A DNA stretch of 64,000 bases from an uncultured Acidimicrobiales bacterium (GTDB taxonomy: Bacteria > Actinomycetota > Acidimicrobiia > Acidimicrobiales > SHLQ01). The position numbers were made by a program, and so were the translations under genes. The stretch lies in the NCBI GenBank assembly GCA_937922235.1, contig CAKZVC010000033.1, positions 7,274-71,273 on the forward strand, given 5' to 3'. This document shows positions 46,745 to 56,758 of this stretch, piece after piece; the stretch's first letter is position 1, and each line of letters opens with the position of its first letter. The notes under the pieces are model-generated. The model searched no databases. It saw nothing but the letters and a program-made list of their open reading frames with translations, and was not told the origin of the DNA.

Positions 46745-48013
46745 GTGAGCGAAAGCATCACCATTACCGACAACCGCACCGGCGAGAGCATCGAGGTACC
46801 CATCGAGAACGGTGCTGTCGATGCGGGTGCATGGAAGAAATTCCTTCCCGGTACATGGTTCTTGGATCCGGCATTCGGCACGACCGCAAGCACCGAGTCA
46901 GCCATCACGTTCCTCGACGGCGGCAACGGTGTGCTCGAATACCGCGGCTACCCCATCGACCAGCTCGCGGAGAAGTCATCACACCTCGAAGTTGCGTACC
47001 TGCTGCTGAATGGCGAGCTCCCCAACGAGTCCGAGCTCAGTGCGTGGAACGACGAGATCACGCACCACACCTACCTTCACGAGAACTACCGCCGTCACGT
47101 GCACGATGCGTTCCACTACGACGCCCACCCGATGGGGCTGCTCACCTCGAGCGTTGCTGGCTTGTCGACCTTCTACCCAGAGTCGAAGGACATCGAAGAT
47201 CCCGAGAACCGCATGCATCAGATCGTGCGACTCATCGCCAAGATGCCCACGATTGCGGCATCGGCCTACCGGTTCAGCAAGGGACTCCCGTTCGTTTTCC
47301 CTCGCAACGATCTTGACTACGCGTCGAACTTCTTGTCGATGATGTTCTCGATCGCTGAAGACGACTATGTGCCGGATCCGGCGCTTCGGCGTGCAATGGA
47401 GATCCTCTTTATCTTGCATGCCGACCACGAGCAGAACTGCTCGACGACCGCTGCCCGCGTTGTCGGCTCAGCCCACGCCGACCCGTATGTGTCGGTTGCT
47501 GCTGCCTGTGCCGCTCTCTATGGCCCTCGCCACGGTGGAGCGAACGAGGCAGTGCTTCGCATGCTCGCCGAAATCGGAAGCTACGAGAACGTTCCGGCCT
47601 ACATGGAGCGCGTGAAGAGCGGCGAAGAGCGCCTGATGGGCTTTGGCCACCGGGTGTACAAGAACTACGACCCACGAGCTCGCATCATCAAGGACGCCGC
47701 ACACGACGTCTTCAAAGTCACCGGACAGAACCCTCTGCTCGATATTGCGCTCAAGCTCGAAGAGGTCGCTCTGGCCGATCCGTACTTCATCGACCGCAAG
47801 CTCTACCCGAACGTCGACTTCTATTCTGGCCTGATCTACCAGTCGATGGGCTTCCCCGTCGAAATGTTCACCGTGCTCTTCGCAATTCCTCGCACCGTTG
47901 GCTGGTTGGCCCACTGGCAGGAGATGCTCGAGATGGAGAGCCGCATTGCTCGGCCACGCCAGGTATACACCGGCGTTGCATCACGTGACTACACCCCGAT
48001 CGGTGATCGCTAA
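46745..48013 (+). CDS. gltA: citrate synthase
   Basis: LEYRGYPI, HADHEQNCST, HGGANEA, GFGHRVYK, YPNVDFYSG. Confidence 0.96.
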   Translation: MSESITITDNRTGESIEVPIENGAVDAGAWKKFLPGTWFLDPAFGTTASTESAITFLDGGNGVLEYRGYPIDQLAEKSSHLEVAYLLLNGELPNESELSAWNDEITHHTYLHENYRRHVHDAFHYDAHPMGLLTSSVAGLSTFYPESKDIEDPENRMHQIVRLIAKMPTIAASAYRFSKGLPFVFPRNDLDYASNFLSMMFSIAEDDYVPDPALRRAMEILFILHADHEQNCSTTAARVVGSAHADPYVSVAAACAALYGPRHGGANEAVLRMLAEIGSYENVPAYMERVKSGEERLMGFGHRVYKNYDPRARIIKDAAHDVFKVTGQNPLLDIALKLEEVALADPYFIDRKLYPNVDFYSGLIYQSMGFPVEMFTVLFAIPRTVGWLAHWQEMLEMESRIARPRQVYTGVASRDYTPIGDR

Positions 48014-48079
48014 CTCGTCAAACCGAGACGTCATTCGGCCGATGCCAGTGAAATCAGCCAACGGTCTACTCTTGGCCCA

Positions 48080-50302
48080 ATGACGTACCGCCTGGTTTCA
48101 CGCGCCTTCCGGGGCTCCCGATCCAGGTTCGCGCCCGCCCTGACGGTGCTCGCGCTCACATCGACGCTGGTCCTCACGCCACCCGTTGGTGCTCAAGACG
48201 CTGGTCCTCCATCGCCCGATCGGCCGGAAGAGGCCGTGACGGTTCCCAGCCGGGACCAGACGGGGTTTGATCCTCATGTTGGCGAAGAACAGATCGGTGA
48301 CGACACGGTCGCCCAGCTAGCTGAAGATCCAAGCACTGCTCCTCCAGGCACACGCGTGAACGTTGAGGTGTATGGCCCGAATCTGCAACAGGTCCGCACC
48401 CAAATCCGCTCATTCGGCGGCGAGATCTATGGTTCGGTCCCCGGGTTCTTTGTCGAGGCTCGCGTTCCCGTCGAGTTTCTCTCTTCGCTCAACAGCGCTG
48501 ACGGTGTTACTCGCGTGTCGAGCGTGACTCGGGCAAGCACGATCAAGCCGAAGTCGTTCAACAGCAACAACAGCGCGTTGGCCAACACTGTCGCAACCAC
48601 CTTCCAGATGGAGGCGTGGCACACCGTCGGCCACACCGGCGCTGGCCAAAAAGTCGGCATTCTTGACATCTTCGGCACCGAGGAGCTCGAGTTTGCGATT
48701 GCACAAGGTCGGGTGCCTGCTCCTGCTGGGGCATTCTGCCTGGACAGCGGCAGCTCGTGCTCGATCACACTTCGAAGCGGTGGCCCCCATGGCGTTGCCG
48801 TGGCGGAGATCATTCATCAGATGGCACCTGATGCCGAGCTCTACTTCGCGACAGTGACGACACTAAGCGATCTTGCCGCAGCCATCGATTGGTTCGCAGC
48901 CCAGGGTGTCACCGTGATCAACCGGTCAGAGACGTCGGAGTTCGACGGGCCGGGCGACGGCACTGGCCCGACCGCATCTCTCGTCGAACGAGCGGTCGAT
49001 CTCGACATGGTGTGGGTCGCTGCAGGTGGCAACGCCTCGGGCGGAGACAACCGTGCGGGCCAGAACTGGCTTGGCGAGTTCAATGACCCCGATGGCAACG
49101 GCTTCCATAACTGGGCTGATGGGTCCGAACGTATGGGCTTCACCTGCAGCTTCTTGCTCGGCATGCGCTGGGATGATTGGGACAGCGACTCGATCGCCAC
49201 CGACTACGACATCTGGATCTACGACGACGAGAACGATCGCATCCCAGAGGCCAAAGGCGAAGACACGCAAAATGAAGCTGCTCATCGACCGCTCGAACAT
49301 GTAAAGACCAAGTGCTCGGGTGCTACCGACCGCGATTATTTGGCGATTCGACGCTTTGGCGATCCTGAGCCCGATGGTGTCGACACGCTACAGATCTTGG
49401 GCAATCAGACACTTTTTGACGAATGGGTAAACACCAGCTCGGCTACCGGCCCTGGGGCAGATTCAAAGAGCCCTGGCGCGGTAACTGTCGGCGCAACCCA
49501 GTCAGCAAACTCGCTGTCGCTTGCCGAATACTCTTCGCATGGCCCAACGATCGATGGCCGCAACGGTGTCGATGTTGCGGCGCCCTCGTGCCTTCCCATT
49601 CCGGTGTTCTTCAACTTCTGTTTCTCAGGAACGAGCGCCAGCGCACCGGTCATGACTGGTGTTGTCGCTGTCCTTCGAGGTGCGCGAGTTGTCGAGTCGG
49701 CCCCGCAGATCGACGAGGTTCTCCCCCGCATCACCAGCGATGAAGGTGTCCCGGGCCCTGATCCCCAGTACGGCGTTGGCTCGCTTCGTCTTCCGCCGCC
49801 AAGCTTCCTCGGCGCCCGAACTGTCCTTCCAACGTGCAATGGCATTCCCGCAACGCTCGTGGGCACCGACGGCGACGATGTGCTCGTCGGCACTGACGGC
49901 GACGATGTCATCATCGGCGGCCGTGGCAACGATCGGATTAGTGGCCTCGATGGTAACGACCTCATCTGCGGTGGCTTCGGCGACGACATCTTGGACGGCG
50001 GTGCTGGCGACGACATCATCCTGGCTGGACCGGGCGCCGACGTTGCACGAGGCCGTGCCGGAAGCGACTCAATCTTCGGCGGCCACGGACATGACGAGCT
50101 CGAAGGCAACGCTGGCAACGACGAGATTCGCGGCTTTGCCGGACGTGACTACGTCAAGGGTGGTCTCGGCGACGATGTGGTCTTCGGTGGCCCCGGCAAC
50201 GATCGGATCGTCGGCGGCAAAGGCCTCGATGAGCTCTTCGGCGGCAACGGTGTTGATCGCTGCCGCGAGCCAATCGAAGTAGCCGTCAGCTGCCGCAACT
50301 AG
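48080..50302 (+). CDS. secreted S8 subtilase with C-terminal GGxGxD calcium-binding repeats
   Basis: Catalytic triad GILD, HGVAVAE, FSGTSASAP; TCNG then nonapeptide repeats. Confidence 0.88.
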   Translation: MTYRLVSRAFRGSRSRFAPALTVLALTSTLVLTPPVGAQDAGPPSPDRPEEAVTVPSRDQTGFDPHVGEEQIGDDTVAQLAEDPSTAPPGTRVNVEVYGPNLQQVRTQIRSFGGEIYGSVPGFFVEARVPVEFLSSLNSADGVTRVSSVTRASTIKPKSFNSNNSALANTVATTFQMEAWHTVGHTGAGQKVGILDIFGTEELEFAIAQGRVPAPAGAFCLDSGSSCSITLRSGGPHGVAVAEIIHQMAPDAELYFATVTTLSDLAAAIDWFAAQGVTVINRSETSEFDGPGDGTGPTASLVERAVDLDMVWVAAGGNASGGDNRAGQNWLGEFNDPDGNGFHNWADGSERMGFTCSFLLGMRWDDWDSDSIATDYDIWIYDDENDRIPEAKGEDTQNEAAHRPLEHVKTKCSGATDRDYLAIRRFGDPEPDGVDTLQILGNQTLFDEWVNTSSATGPGADSKSPGAVTVGATQSANSLSLAEYSSHGPTIDGRNGVDVAAPSCLPIPVFFNFCFSGTSASAPVMTGVVAVLRGARVVESAPQIDEVLPRITSDEGVPGPDPQYGVGSLRLPPPSFLGARTVLPTCNGIPATLVGTDGDDVLVGTDGDDVIIGGRGNDRISGLDGNDLICGGFGDDILDGGAGDDIILAGPGADVARGRAGSDSIFGGHGHDELEGNAGNDEIRGFAGRDYVKGGLGDDVVFGGPGNDRIVGGKGLDELFGGNGVDRCREPIEVAVSCRN

Positions 50303-50321
50303 CGACGAGTTTGACCTGCCC

Positions 50322-50993
50322 TTAGTCGAGGATGATGTCGGCTGGACCTTGGCCGGCTAGCCAGTGTTTGCGGCAGCGCAGTTCGTAGGTGACTTCGGGG
50401 GCACGTTCGGGGTCGTCTACGACGACGAGCTCGCCTTCATAGACCTGGATGCCGTCGACGATTCGGGCGTTGTGGGTCGCTCGGTCGCCGCACCAGCAGC
50501 GGGCTTCGCACTGGATTGCCTCGCACACGTCGGCGAGTTCGAGCAGGCGTGCCGTGCCGTCGAAGAGCTTGCCTCGGAAGTCGGTGAGCAGGCCAAACGC
50601 AAAGACATCGAGGCCATGCTGGTCGACGATCTCGGCCAGCTGCTCGATTTGTTCAGACGTGTAGAACTGGACTTCGTCGCACACTAAGTAGTCGAGGGGT
50701 TCGCCGTTGTTGTTCGCGATCTCGTGAATGTCGACAGTTGGATCGATCACGACGGCATCGGCGCTCACGCCAAGGCGGGAGCTGACTCTCGCACCCTTGC
50801 GATCGAGCATGCTGCACAGTGCCCCACGGAGCCCGCCGTGGGTGAGGTTGTGGTGGATCTGGAGCGCTTGGGTCGACTTTCCCGAGCCCATCGTGCCGAA
50901 CTGAAACCGCAGCACGCCGATGACCGACGTCGACCGGCGACGGGTTCCGGGGATGGTTTGCTGGACGGAAATGTGGGAAGACGTATCGCTCAT
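50322..50993 (-). CDS. tdk: thymidine kinase
   Basis: GTMGSGKST, CDEVQF, FGLLTDFRG, CWCG zinc site; start uncertain. Confidence 0.92.
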   Translation of the reverse strand: MSDTSSHISVQQTIPGTRRRSTSVIGVLRFQFGTMGSGKSTQALQIHHNLTHGGLRGALCSMLDRKGARVSSRLGVSADAVVIDPTVDIHEIANNNGEPLDYLVCDEVQFYTSEQIEQLAEIVDQHGLDVFAFGLLTDFRGKLFDGTARLLELADVCEAIQCEARCWCGDRATHNARIVDGIQVYEGELVVVDDPERAPEVTYELRCRKHWLAGQGPADIILD

Positions 50994-53900
50994 GAACAAC
51001 CGCTAGACGAGCCGCAGTCGCGGCAGGCGTAACAGCTTCCCGCACGAACCATCTGTGTGCCGCACTGGCCGCAAAAAGGTGCCGTCGAGCCGTGCTCGGC
51101 GTGCGGAGTTGGTGATGCGGTCGCAGCCTTTGGAGGGTCGGCGATGACGTCTTGGCCCTGTACCGACGGTGTTGTTGCCTCGACGACTCCGGGCAGCGTT
51201 GGTTGGCTTCGCTCGCCGGTGGTCAAGATGTTGCGCGAGGTGCGCTCGTCGAGCGTCATGTATTCGACAGCCAAACGACGGAAGAGGTAGTCCATCAGGC
51301 TCGAGGCGAGCCGCAGGTCGGCATCGTCGGTCATCCCGGCGGGTTCGAAGCGCATGCCGACGAACGCGTCGACAAATGCGCTGAGCGGCACGCCGTACTG
51401 GAGGCCGTGACTCACCGAAATGGCAAAGGCATCCATGATGCCAGCAAGGGTTGAGCCCTGCTTGGAGACCCGGATGAACAGCTCGCCGGGGCGGCCATCT
51501 TCGTATTCGCCAACGGTGACAAAGCCCTTACAATCTGCAACGCGGAACTCGAACGTGCGTGATGCTCGAGACCGGGGCAACTTCTCGCGTTCGGGCACCC
51601 GAGCCTGAGCGGCAACGACCGCATCGGCTGCGCCTGCAGGAGTGTCGGTGGTCTCCGACGACTTGGCAGTGAGGGGCTGGCCGACCTTGCAGTTGTCTCG
51701 GTAGAGCGCCACGGCTTTGAGGCCGGACTTCCAGCCGTCGATCATGATCTGTTCGAACTCGTCGATGCTGGTCGACTCGGGGGTGTTGACGGTCTTGGAG
51801 ATGGCCCCGGAGAGGAATGGCTGCACGGCCGCCATCATCTTGATGTGGCCTTCGGGGGCGATGACGTTGTCGCCCATCGAGCACGCAAACACCGCAACGT
51901 GTTCGTCGGCCAGGCCCGGTGCGCCAAGAACCGACCCCGTATCAGAAATGTGCGCTTCGATTGCGGTTACGGCGCTCTCGTCGTAGCCGAGTTGGGTGAG
52001 CGCCCGGCCGACGCCCTGGTTCACGATCGACATCGTGCCGCCGCCGACGAGCTTCTTCATCTTGACGAGGCCGAGGTCGGGCTCGATGCCCGTGGTGTCG
52101 CAGTCCATCATGAAGCTGATGGTGCCAGTTGGGGCCAGCACCGTGGCTTGAGCGTTTCGCACGCCGTGCTTGGCTGCGCGGACGCACGTGTCGTCCCACG
52201 CCGCGTTCGCCGCGTCTAGGAGCTCGTCTGGGACGAGCTCGGCGTCGATGTGGGCAACTGCACCGCGGTGCATGCCGAGGACGCGCTGGACGTTCTCTGC
52301 GTCTGCGGCGTAGCCGTCAAACGGGCCGACCTTCTCGGCGAGGCGGGTCGACATGTTGTACGCCGAGCCACCCATAAGGGCGGTAATCGCTCCAGCGATA
52401 GCACGGCCGCGGTCGGAGTCGTACGGGGCCCCGACAGCCATGAGGAGTGCACCAAGGTTGGCGTAGCCCAAGCCGAGCTGGCGGAACTTGCGGGTGTTCT
52501 CGCCGATCTTTTCCGTGGGATAGTCGGCGGGGCCAACAATGATCTCTTGGGCGGCAACAATGATGTCGACCGCCGAAATGAACTCGTCGATCTCAAACTG
52601 GCGGCCCGTCTCTTCGGGGCGATGGAAGGCAAGCAGGTTCAAGCTGGCAAGGTTGCACGCGCTGTTGTCGATGTGCATGTACTCGCTGCAATTCTTCACG
52701 ACGAGTCCGTTGACGACATAGGAATGGTTGCGCGGTTCACAAAGGTTGTAGGTCACCTCGGCCGGTTGGTGTTCACGAGATACCAGCCGCGTGCTGGTCT
52801 TGACGTTGTACGGCGTCTTCTTTCGCGCCGCGAAGATCTCATCAAGTCGACCGGCCTTCGAGGACAATCCAAACCCGATGTGGTTTGCGAACCTGTCGAT
52901 GCTGGATGACGAGATGCGAAGGTCGTACATCGCCGACGACCCGTAGCCAACCGTCGTGCCATCCTGTCGCACGTAGTGAAAGCCAGAATCGCCAGCACCG
53001 CATGTCTCGTAAATGCGGCTTGACACACCGAATTGAGTCAACAGACGTTGCGCGCCGCGCAGAAGCTTCTTGGACGTCGACCCTAAGCCAACGTAGTGGC
53101 CCTTTGACTCGTTGAAGACAACAGTGCCGTCAGCATCAAACAAGCCGCGCAGGAACGACGCAGCGATCTCTGCTGGAGCCTGCTCGATAGACCATGGGAC
53201 TTCCTTCTCAGCTGATCTCACGGGAAGAACGCCGAGTGACTCCACGAAGCGCGTGAACGCTCCGCGAGTCATGCGGAGCTGGACTGTGCCGTTCTCCTGA
53301 GTCGAGGGTCTTGGAGACACACCGTTATTGATCTCCGTCATGAGCGCTTGGTGTAGCGGCATCAGTTCGTCTTGTTCGTCCTGTGTTCCGTAGATCGCAG
53401 AAATCGTGTTCTTTGTGATGCATCCGTCGCCAACGATCCACCCAAGATAGTGAGCAAACTCGTCGGTCCATTTCTCCGGAAGTACAAGCTCGCCTTTCGA
53501 GTACCCCTTCAAACGGTAGGCGGAGGCGTTTGTAGACACTGGCAACGAGTAGTCAGCTGCAACGGTCTTCGACTCGACATCAAGCGTTGCAACCTCATCG
53601 GTTTCCGTCAGGTTCTCAGCGGCGACCCAGCCGCGGTTCGTCGTGAACAGGCTGTGGTTCGGGGTGCAGCGCACCTCCATACCGTTCGCGAACTCGAGCC
53701 GCATGATCGGGTTCATGCCGGTGATCATGATCGCTTCGGGAGAGGTAAGCAGCGTTGCCTTTTCCGGTGCGTCCACGTTGGTGATGTCGTGGGTGTACAC
53801 CTGGAAGGTCTCGCCATCTTGCACGCGCCTAGTCAGCTCATCGAAACGGATAAGCCCTCGGTCGGTATGGACTAGCGAGTCGCCCGTGAAACACGGGTTA

Positions 53901-54958
53901 CTTCCGTTGATTCTCCCGGCGTTTGGGGTGGTGTGCCAGCGGTTGATCGTGGTGTCGTACTGGATGCCGGGGTCGGCGCATTCCCAGGCAGCGGTTGCGA
54001 TCTCGCGCAGGAGCTCACGAGCGGGCATTGTCTTTTGGATGCTGCCGTCGAGCACGGAACGCAGGTGCCAGTCAGCGCCTTCCTCGACGGCCTGCATGAA
54101 CTCGTCGGTGACCCGAACCGAGTTGTTGGCGTTCTGATATTGAATCGAGAACGAATCGGCGCCATCGAGGTCCATGTCGAAGCCGGCGTCTCGCAGTGCT
54201 CGGGCCTTTTGTTCTTCTTTGGCCTTGCACCAAACAAACTCTTGGACGTCGGGATGGCTGACATCGAGCATGACCATCTTGGCGGCTCGGCGCGTCTTGC
54301 CACCGCTCTTGATCGTGCCGGCCGATGCGTCGGCGCCGCGCATGAAGCTGACCGGGCCCGAAGCTGTTCCACCACCTTCGAGGTGTTCGACCGACGAACG
54401 GATCTTTGAGAGGTTCACGCCGGCACCCGATCCGCCCTTGAAGATCATCCCTTCTTCGGCGTACCAGTTGAGGATCGACTCCATGGTGTCGTCAACGGAC
54501 AGGATGAAGCAGGCCGATGCCTGTTGCGGGACGCCCTTCACGCCAATGTTGAACCACACCGGGCTGTTGAAGGCCATCCGCTGCGACACGATGAGGAACT
54601 TCAACTCGTCGGAGAAGATGGCTGCTTCGTCTTCGTTCGCGAAGTAGTCGCCTACGCGGCCCCACTGCGTGATCGTGTCAACCACACGGTCGGCCACCTG
54701 ACGAAGCGATGTCTCGCGCTCGGGAGTGTTGAGCGTTCCGCGGAAATACTTCTGGGCCAAGATGTTCGATGCGTTCACCGACCAGGACGCCGGCACCTCG
54801 ATGTTGGTTTGCTCGAACGCAACTGAACCGTCACGCCAATCGTGCAGACGGGCGTCGCGTCGTTCCCAGTCGAAGAGGTCGTACACATCAGCGCCCGCAA
54901 CGGTATGTCTGCGGGTAAGGCCGAGGGTGGAGCCGACCGAGGGTGAGGTGAGCGACAT
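50990..54958 (-). CDS. nrdJ: vitamin B12-dependent (class II) ribonucleotide reductase, intein-containing
   Basis: FNSPVWFN, ASACFI, SNPC..SEY, ACNLAS, APTGTIS, C-terminal TSCPD/zinc ribbon. Confidence 0.95.
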   Translation of the reverse strand: MSLTSPSVGSTLGLTRRHTVAGADVYDLFDWERRDARLHDWRDGSVAFEQTNIEVPASWSVNASNILAQKYFRGTLNTPERETSLRQVADRVVDTITQWGRVGDYFANEDEAAIFSDELKFLIVSQRMAFNSPVWFNIGVKGVPQQASACFILSVDDTMESILNWYAEEGMIFKGGSGAGVNLSKIRSSVEHLEGGGTASGPVSFMRGADASAGTIKSGGKTRRAAKMVMLDVSHPDVQEFVWCKAKEEQKARALRDAGFDMDLDGADSFSIQYQNANNSVRVTDEFMQAVEEGADWHLRSVLDGSIQKTMPARELLREIATAAWECADPGIQYDTTINRWHTTPNAGRINGSNPCFTGDSLVHTDRGLIRFDELTRRVQDGETFQVYTHDITNVDAPEKATLLTSPEAIMITGMNPIMRLEFANGMEVRCTPNHSLFTTNRGWVAAENLTETDEVATLDVESKTVAADYSLPVSTNASAYRLKGYSKGELVLPEKWTDEFAHYLGWIVGDGCITKNTISAIYGTQDEQDELMPLHQALMTEINNGVSPRPSTQENGTVQLRMTRGAFTRFVESLGVLPVRSAEKEVPWSIEQAPAEIAASFLRGLFDADGTVVFNESKGHYVGLGSTSKKLLRGAQRLLTQFGVSSRIYETCGAGDSGFHYVRQDGTTVGYGSSAMYDLRISSSSIDRFANHIGFGLSSKAGRLDEIFAARKKTPYNVKTSTRLVSREHQPAEVTYNLCEPRNHSYVVNGLVVKNCSEYMHIDNSACNLASLNLLAFHRPEETGRQFEIDEFISAVDIIVAAQEIIVGPADYPTEKIGENTRKFRQLGLGYANLGALLMAVGAPYDSDRGRAIAGAITALMGGSAYNMSTRLAEKVGPFDGYAADAENVQRVLGMHRGAVAHIDAELVPDELLDAANAAWDDTCVRAAKHGVRNAQATVLAPTGTISFMMDCDTTGIEPDLGLVKMKKLVGGGTMSIVNQGVGRALTQLGYDESAVTAIEAHISDTGSVLGAPGLADEHVAVFACSMGDNVIAPEGHIKMMAAVQPFLSGAISKTVNTPESTSIDEFEQIMIDGWKSGLKAVALYRDNCKVGQPLTAKSSETTDTPAGAADAVVAAQARVPEREKLPRSRASRTFEFRVADCKGFVTVGEYEDGRPGELFIRVSKQGSTLAGIMDAFAISVSHGLQYGVPLSAFVDAFVGMRFEPAGMTDDADLRLASSLMDYLFRRLAVEYMTLDERTSRNILTTGERSQPTLPGVVEATTPSVQGQDVIADPPKAATASPTPHAEHGSTAPFCGQCGTQMVRAGSCYACRDCGSSSGCS
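52691..53893 (-). mobile_element. intein with LAGLIDADG homing endonuclease (401 aa)
   Basis: NP|CFTGDSLV ... CTPNH ... YLGWIVGDG ... FLRGLFDADG ... HSYVVNGLVVKN|CSEY. Confidence 0.92.
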
Positions 54959-55072
54959 GATAGTCCTGTCCGAGGCGTCGCCTCATGAATCATGGGTATC
55001 TATAAACACTCGCCCACTCGCAGATGTTCCTTGAGAGAAGGCGATTGCACAGAAATGTGGCCGAACGCGTTC

Positions 55073-55165
55073 GCAGTCGGAGAAGGGTCCCCGGGGTCAG
55101 TTTCCGCGTGAACCCAATGGATGCTGCGGTTACTCCAGCGTGCCTAAGTCCCCTACTCCGACTGC
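55073..55165 (-). promoter_or_regulatory. structured 5' leader candidate of nrdJ
   Basis: 15-bp inverted repeat with 14/15 match (55073-55087 / 55151-55165) enclosing ~63 nt. Confidence 0.4.
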
Positions 55166-55240
55166 AGAGATCACGATAGGGACGAGTGCCTGTGAGCGAA
55201 AAGGGGATGACCTGTGAATATTCGGTGGATTTGTGGCGAG

Positions 55241-55249
55241 TTATCCACA
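55241..55249 (+). promoter_or_regulatory. DnaA box
   Basis: TTATCCACA perfect consensus upstream of nrdJ; mismatched copies nearby. Confidence 0.45.
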
Positions 55250-55307
55250 TAACCGCAGCGTTTGTTGTGCGTTCGACCCACGGGAACGGTCGATATCGTT
55301 GCGAGTC

Positions 55308-56051
55308 ATGGACCAACTTTTCCCCACGGCTGTGGAGAACGTCGACGCCGTAGCCCTCTATGCCGCCGACAAACGCACTCCGCCGCGGGGAAGACCATGG
55401 GTTGTTGCGAACATGATTTCGAGTATCGATGGAGCCATCGAACTCGATGGCTTGTCGGGAGGTCTTGGCGGCCCGGGTGACAAGCAGGTCTTCCGTGCAC
55501 TTCGAGGCATTGCCGATGTCATCATCGCAGCCTCGGGAACCGTGATTGCCGAGAATTATCGCCGGGCCCAGACGCCCGAGGACATCCAGGAAATGCGGGT
55601 CGAACGAGGCCAGACCGCACTCCCCCGCATCGCCATCGTCAGCAACTCCCTGAGCATCGAGGCCGATCATCGGATCTTCGACCCTGAAGCTCGCCCGCTA
55701 ATCATCACGCCGCGCAACGCTCCCTCAGCTCGAGAGGCTGAGCTCTCGGAAATTGCCGACATCATCCACGCAGGCGACGACACCGTCGATCTCCACGAAG
55801 CACTGCGCGCTCTCCGCCAGCTGGGAGCAAACACCGTGTTGGTCGAAGGCGGTCCCACGCTCAACGCCGCGTTCGTTGCCGAAGATCTGCTCGACGAGTT
55901 CTGTCTGTCGTTCTCACCGCTGGTTGCCGGCGGCAGCGGACCCCGGGTCGTGGGATCCATCGACAGCTCCCCGGCCCATGCCATGGCCCTCGACCGGGTA
56001 CTGCATCAGGACAGCTTTCTGTTTCATCGCTACCTGCGGGCACGCGACTAG
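55308..56051 (+). CDS. RibD C-terminal domain (pyrimidine reductase-like) protein
   Basis: WVVANMISSIDG, LRGIADVI, VEGGPTLN, LLDEFCLS. Confidence 0.88.
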   Translation: MDQLFPTAVENVDAVALYAADKRTPPRGRPWVVANMISSIDGAIELDGLSGGLGGPGDKQVFRALRGIADVIIAASGTVIAENYRRAQTPEDIQEMRVERGQTALPRIAIVSNSLSIEADHRIFDPEARPLIITPRNAPSAREAELSEIADIIHAGDDTVDLHEALRALRQLGANTVLVEGGPTLNAAFVAEDLLDEFCLSFSPLVAGGSGPRVVGSIDSSPAHAMALDRVLHQDSFLFHRYLRARD

Positions 56052-56057
56052 CCATCG

Positions 56058-56447
56058 CTAGCCCCGGATCGTCATGTGGTCGATGATGATCTGCTGACCG
56101 ATCTCGAGCTGAGACCCGCCGGTGAGGACTTTGAGTTCATCGACGATGGGGCGAACGTCTTCGCCCGGACGAGCGACTTCGCTCGCAATAGCCCACAACG
56201 TGTCGCCCGGGCGCACAACGTAGACCTCGATTGCGTCGACGATCTCGGCATCGGGCGACACCGGCTGGACTGGACTGTTGGCTGCTGCGTCACCGCCGAA
56301 ACCAACAAAGGCGATGATGATGACCAACCCGAGTACTGCGGCGAGCAGCAGGTTGATCGACGATGCAGGCGTGCTCGGTGCCGGATGGGTACGAACACGA
56401 GGGCGAACGGTGACTGGCTGGGTCTGGGTCGTGAAAGTCATGGTCAT
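56058..56447 (-). CDS. membrane LysM protein (ChiZ/YneA-like SOS division inhibitor candidate)
   Basis: TM helix plus YVVRPGDTLWAIA LysM; divergent from lexA. Confidence 0.85.
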   Translation of the reverse strand: MTMTFTTQTQPVTVRPRVRTHPAPSTPASSINLLLAAVLGLVIIIAFVGFGGDAAANSPVQPVSPDAEIVDAIEVYVVRPGDTLWAIASEVARPGEDVRPIVDELKVLTGGSQLEIGQQIIIDHMTIRG

Positions 56448-56610
56448 CAGTATTCTCCTGGGGTGTGACACTCACCGGGAAACCGTTGAAACGTCAGTGT
56501 TTTCTGACACATTTCTTCCGGATTTCCCAGAGGATCGAGCGGCCGCAGCCGCTCGATCGAAAGGACTGGCCTCCACCCCACTTCGAGAATTCTCGAAGGT
56601 CCTTGACCGG

Positions 56611-56707
56611 GTACGGTTGTTCGGCGAACATGTGTTTGGCGAACTTCCGTTCCCTATGTATAGTTCGAACAGTTGTACGATGCAACACTGATATCGAAAG
56701 TTTGTTC
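56611..56707. promoter_or_regulatory. cluster of five LexA (GAAC-N4-GTTC) boxes
   Basis: GTACggttGTTC 56611, GAACatgtGTTT 56626, GAACttccGTTC 56641, GAACagttGTAC 56667, GAAAgtttGTTC 56696. Confidence 0.8.
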
Positions 56708-56758
56708 GATATCGACGAAGTACAGCCCAACGAACTCCAAAACCACGAAAGCGACATC

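Noticed and set aside
54959-55300. Cobalamin riboswitch or 6S RNA upstream of nrdJ
   Set aside because: No GGGAA/GCCACTG B12-box elements or 6S-like central bubble could be recognised; kept only as an unnamed structure
56465-56758. 98-aa N-terminal extension of LexA
   Set aside because: Runs through the SOS-box promoter; homology starts at ATG 56759
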